Origin: Phoronis australis
Lineage: Eukaryota > Animalia > Phoronida
DNA length: 64,000 nucleotides
Assembly (NCBI GenBank): GCA_002633005.1
Contig: NMRA01000407.1
Coordinates: 230,666 to 294,665, forward strand
Direction: 5' to 3'
In this document: positions 63,335-64,000 of the stretch, piece by piece
How positions within the stretch are numbered: position 1 is the first letter of the stretch
Layout of the letters: each line of letters opens with the position of its first letter
Position numbers and translations under genes: made by a program
Notes under the pieces: model-generated
What the model was told of the DNA's origin: nothing
Seen by the model: the letters and a program-made list of their open reading frames with translations, nothing else
Databases searched by the model: none

Positions 63335-63645
63335 ACAGCCCTCCTGATGACTTGTAAACATGTCGCGTGAACGAGGGAATACAGAATTGGTCTTTGACGC
63401 ATTTTATTGGCCAATACTTTCAACTTTTTGCAAATTTCTGGATGTGCCGAAGAAAGTTTCGGACCTCGGATTAACACGTGATAAAATGTCAGAAAGCAGT
63501 GGTGTTTCTACTAATTCTTAAACAATGAACTTACTAAGCTTAGTGGTGGAAAAACATTTACTTTTCATGGAAGGCGTCCTTAATATCAAATTACGGCAAC
63601 ACCCACTGCAATATGCCTGATCGCACTGTGGCACTGGTCAGTTCC
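63335..63645 (+). repeat. Dispersed repeat related to 57480-57970
   Basis: Same shared blocks, without the MITE insertion. Confidence 0.75.
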
Positions 63646-64000
63646 ACTATTAGCGCCGGAAAGCGGTCCCGGAAGACGATCGTCGTGACTTAGAAAAGTG
63701 TGTCTCGTTTCTTTATCGCGAAAAACAGCAAACGTGAAAATGACAACCGAATTAATCGCCAAACAACGGGCATGCCTTCACACACTTTCGGCAGAATAAA
63801 AGAAACCCGCACCATCGGAAATCATTTCGAGGCTTTTAATTTCATGGAAAACTAATTGTTGCCTCGTAAACAGCATACGACTCACATTTTTTGTTGTGAA
63901 ATTTGCAGTGAATTGTTTCTGCGTATCAATACGTCATGCAGCGAGTAGGGCAACCTTTCACGGATTTCATTCAAGAGGATGTTTTTTCAAACATCAAGTT

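Noticed and set aside
61546-64000. MARCH5 first coding exon
   Set aside because: No convincing short ATG exon with a phase-2 donor found; probably beyond the window end

Overview
AT-rich, intron-rich animal genomic DNA (invertebrate-like; species cannot be determined from sequence alone). Two conserved genes lie tail-to-tail. Insulin-degrading enzyme (IDE) is on the + strand: 26 coding exons from 14641 to 51147, 983 aa from the Kozak ATG at 14669, with an HFCEH zinc motif and a C-terminal SKL. MARCH5/MITOL RING-CH E3 ligase is on the - strand: 5 exons from 61545 to 55858, first exon not found. Five IDE exons occur twice in tandem (31820-38898 and 38900-42448). The duplication is frame-preserving, with an N and microhomology at the junction, so it is either a real duplication or an assembly/haplotype artefact. 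Introns and flanks carry many transposon relics: a THAP-domain element, L1/Tx1 fragments, a Kolobok-like element with a P2X7-ballast-like pseudogene, a polymorphic 3.3-kb TIR insertion, piggyBac/Harbinger MITEs and Penelope-type hammerhead motifs. There are also many minisatellites, and three local duplications that copy splice sites. No rRNA, tRNA or CRISPR was found. All coordinates and comparisons to human proteins were made by eye and from memory.
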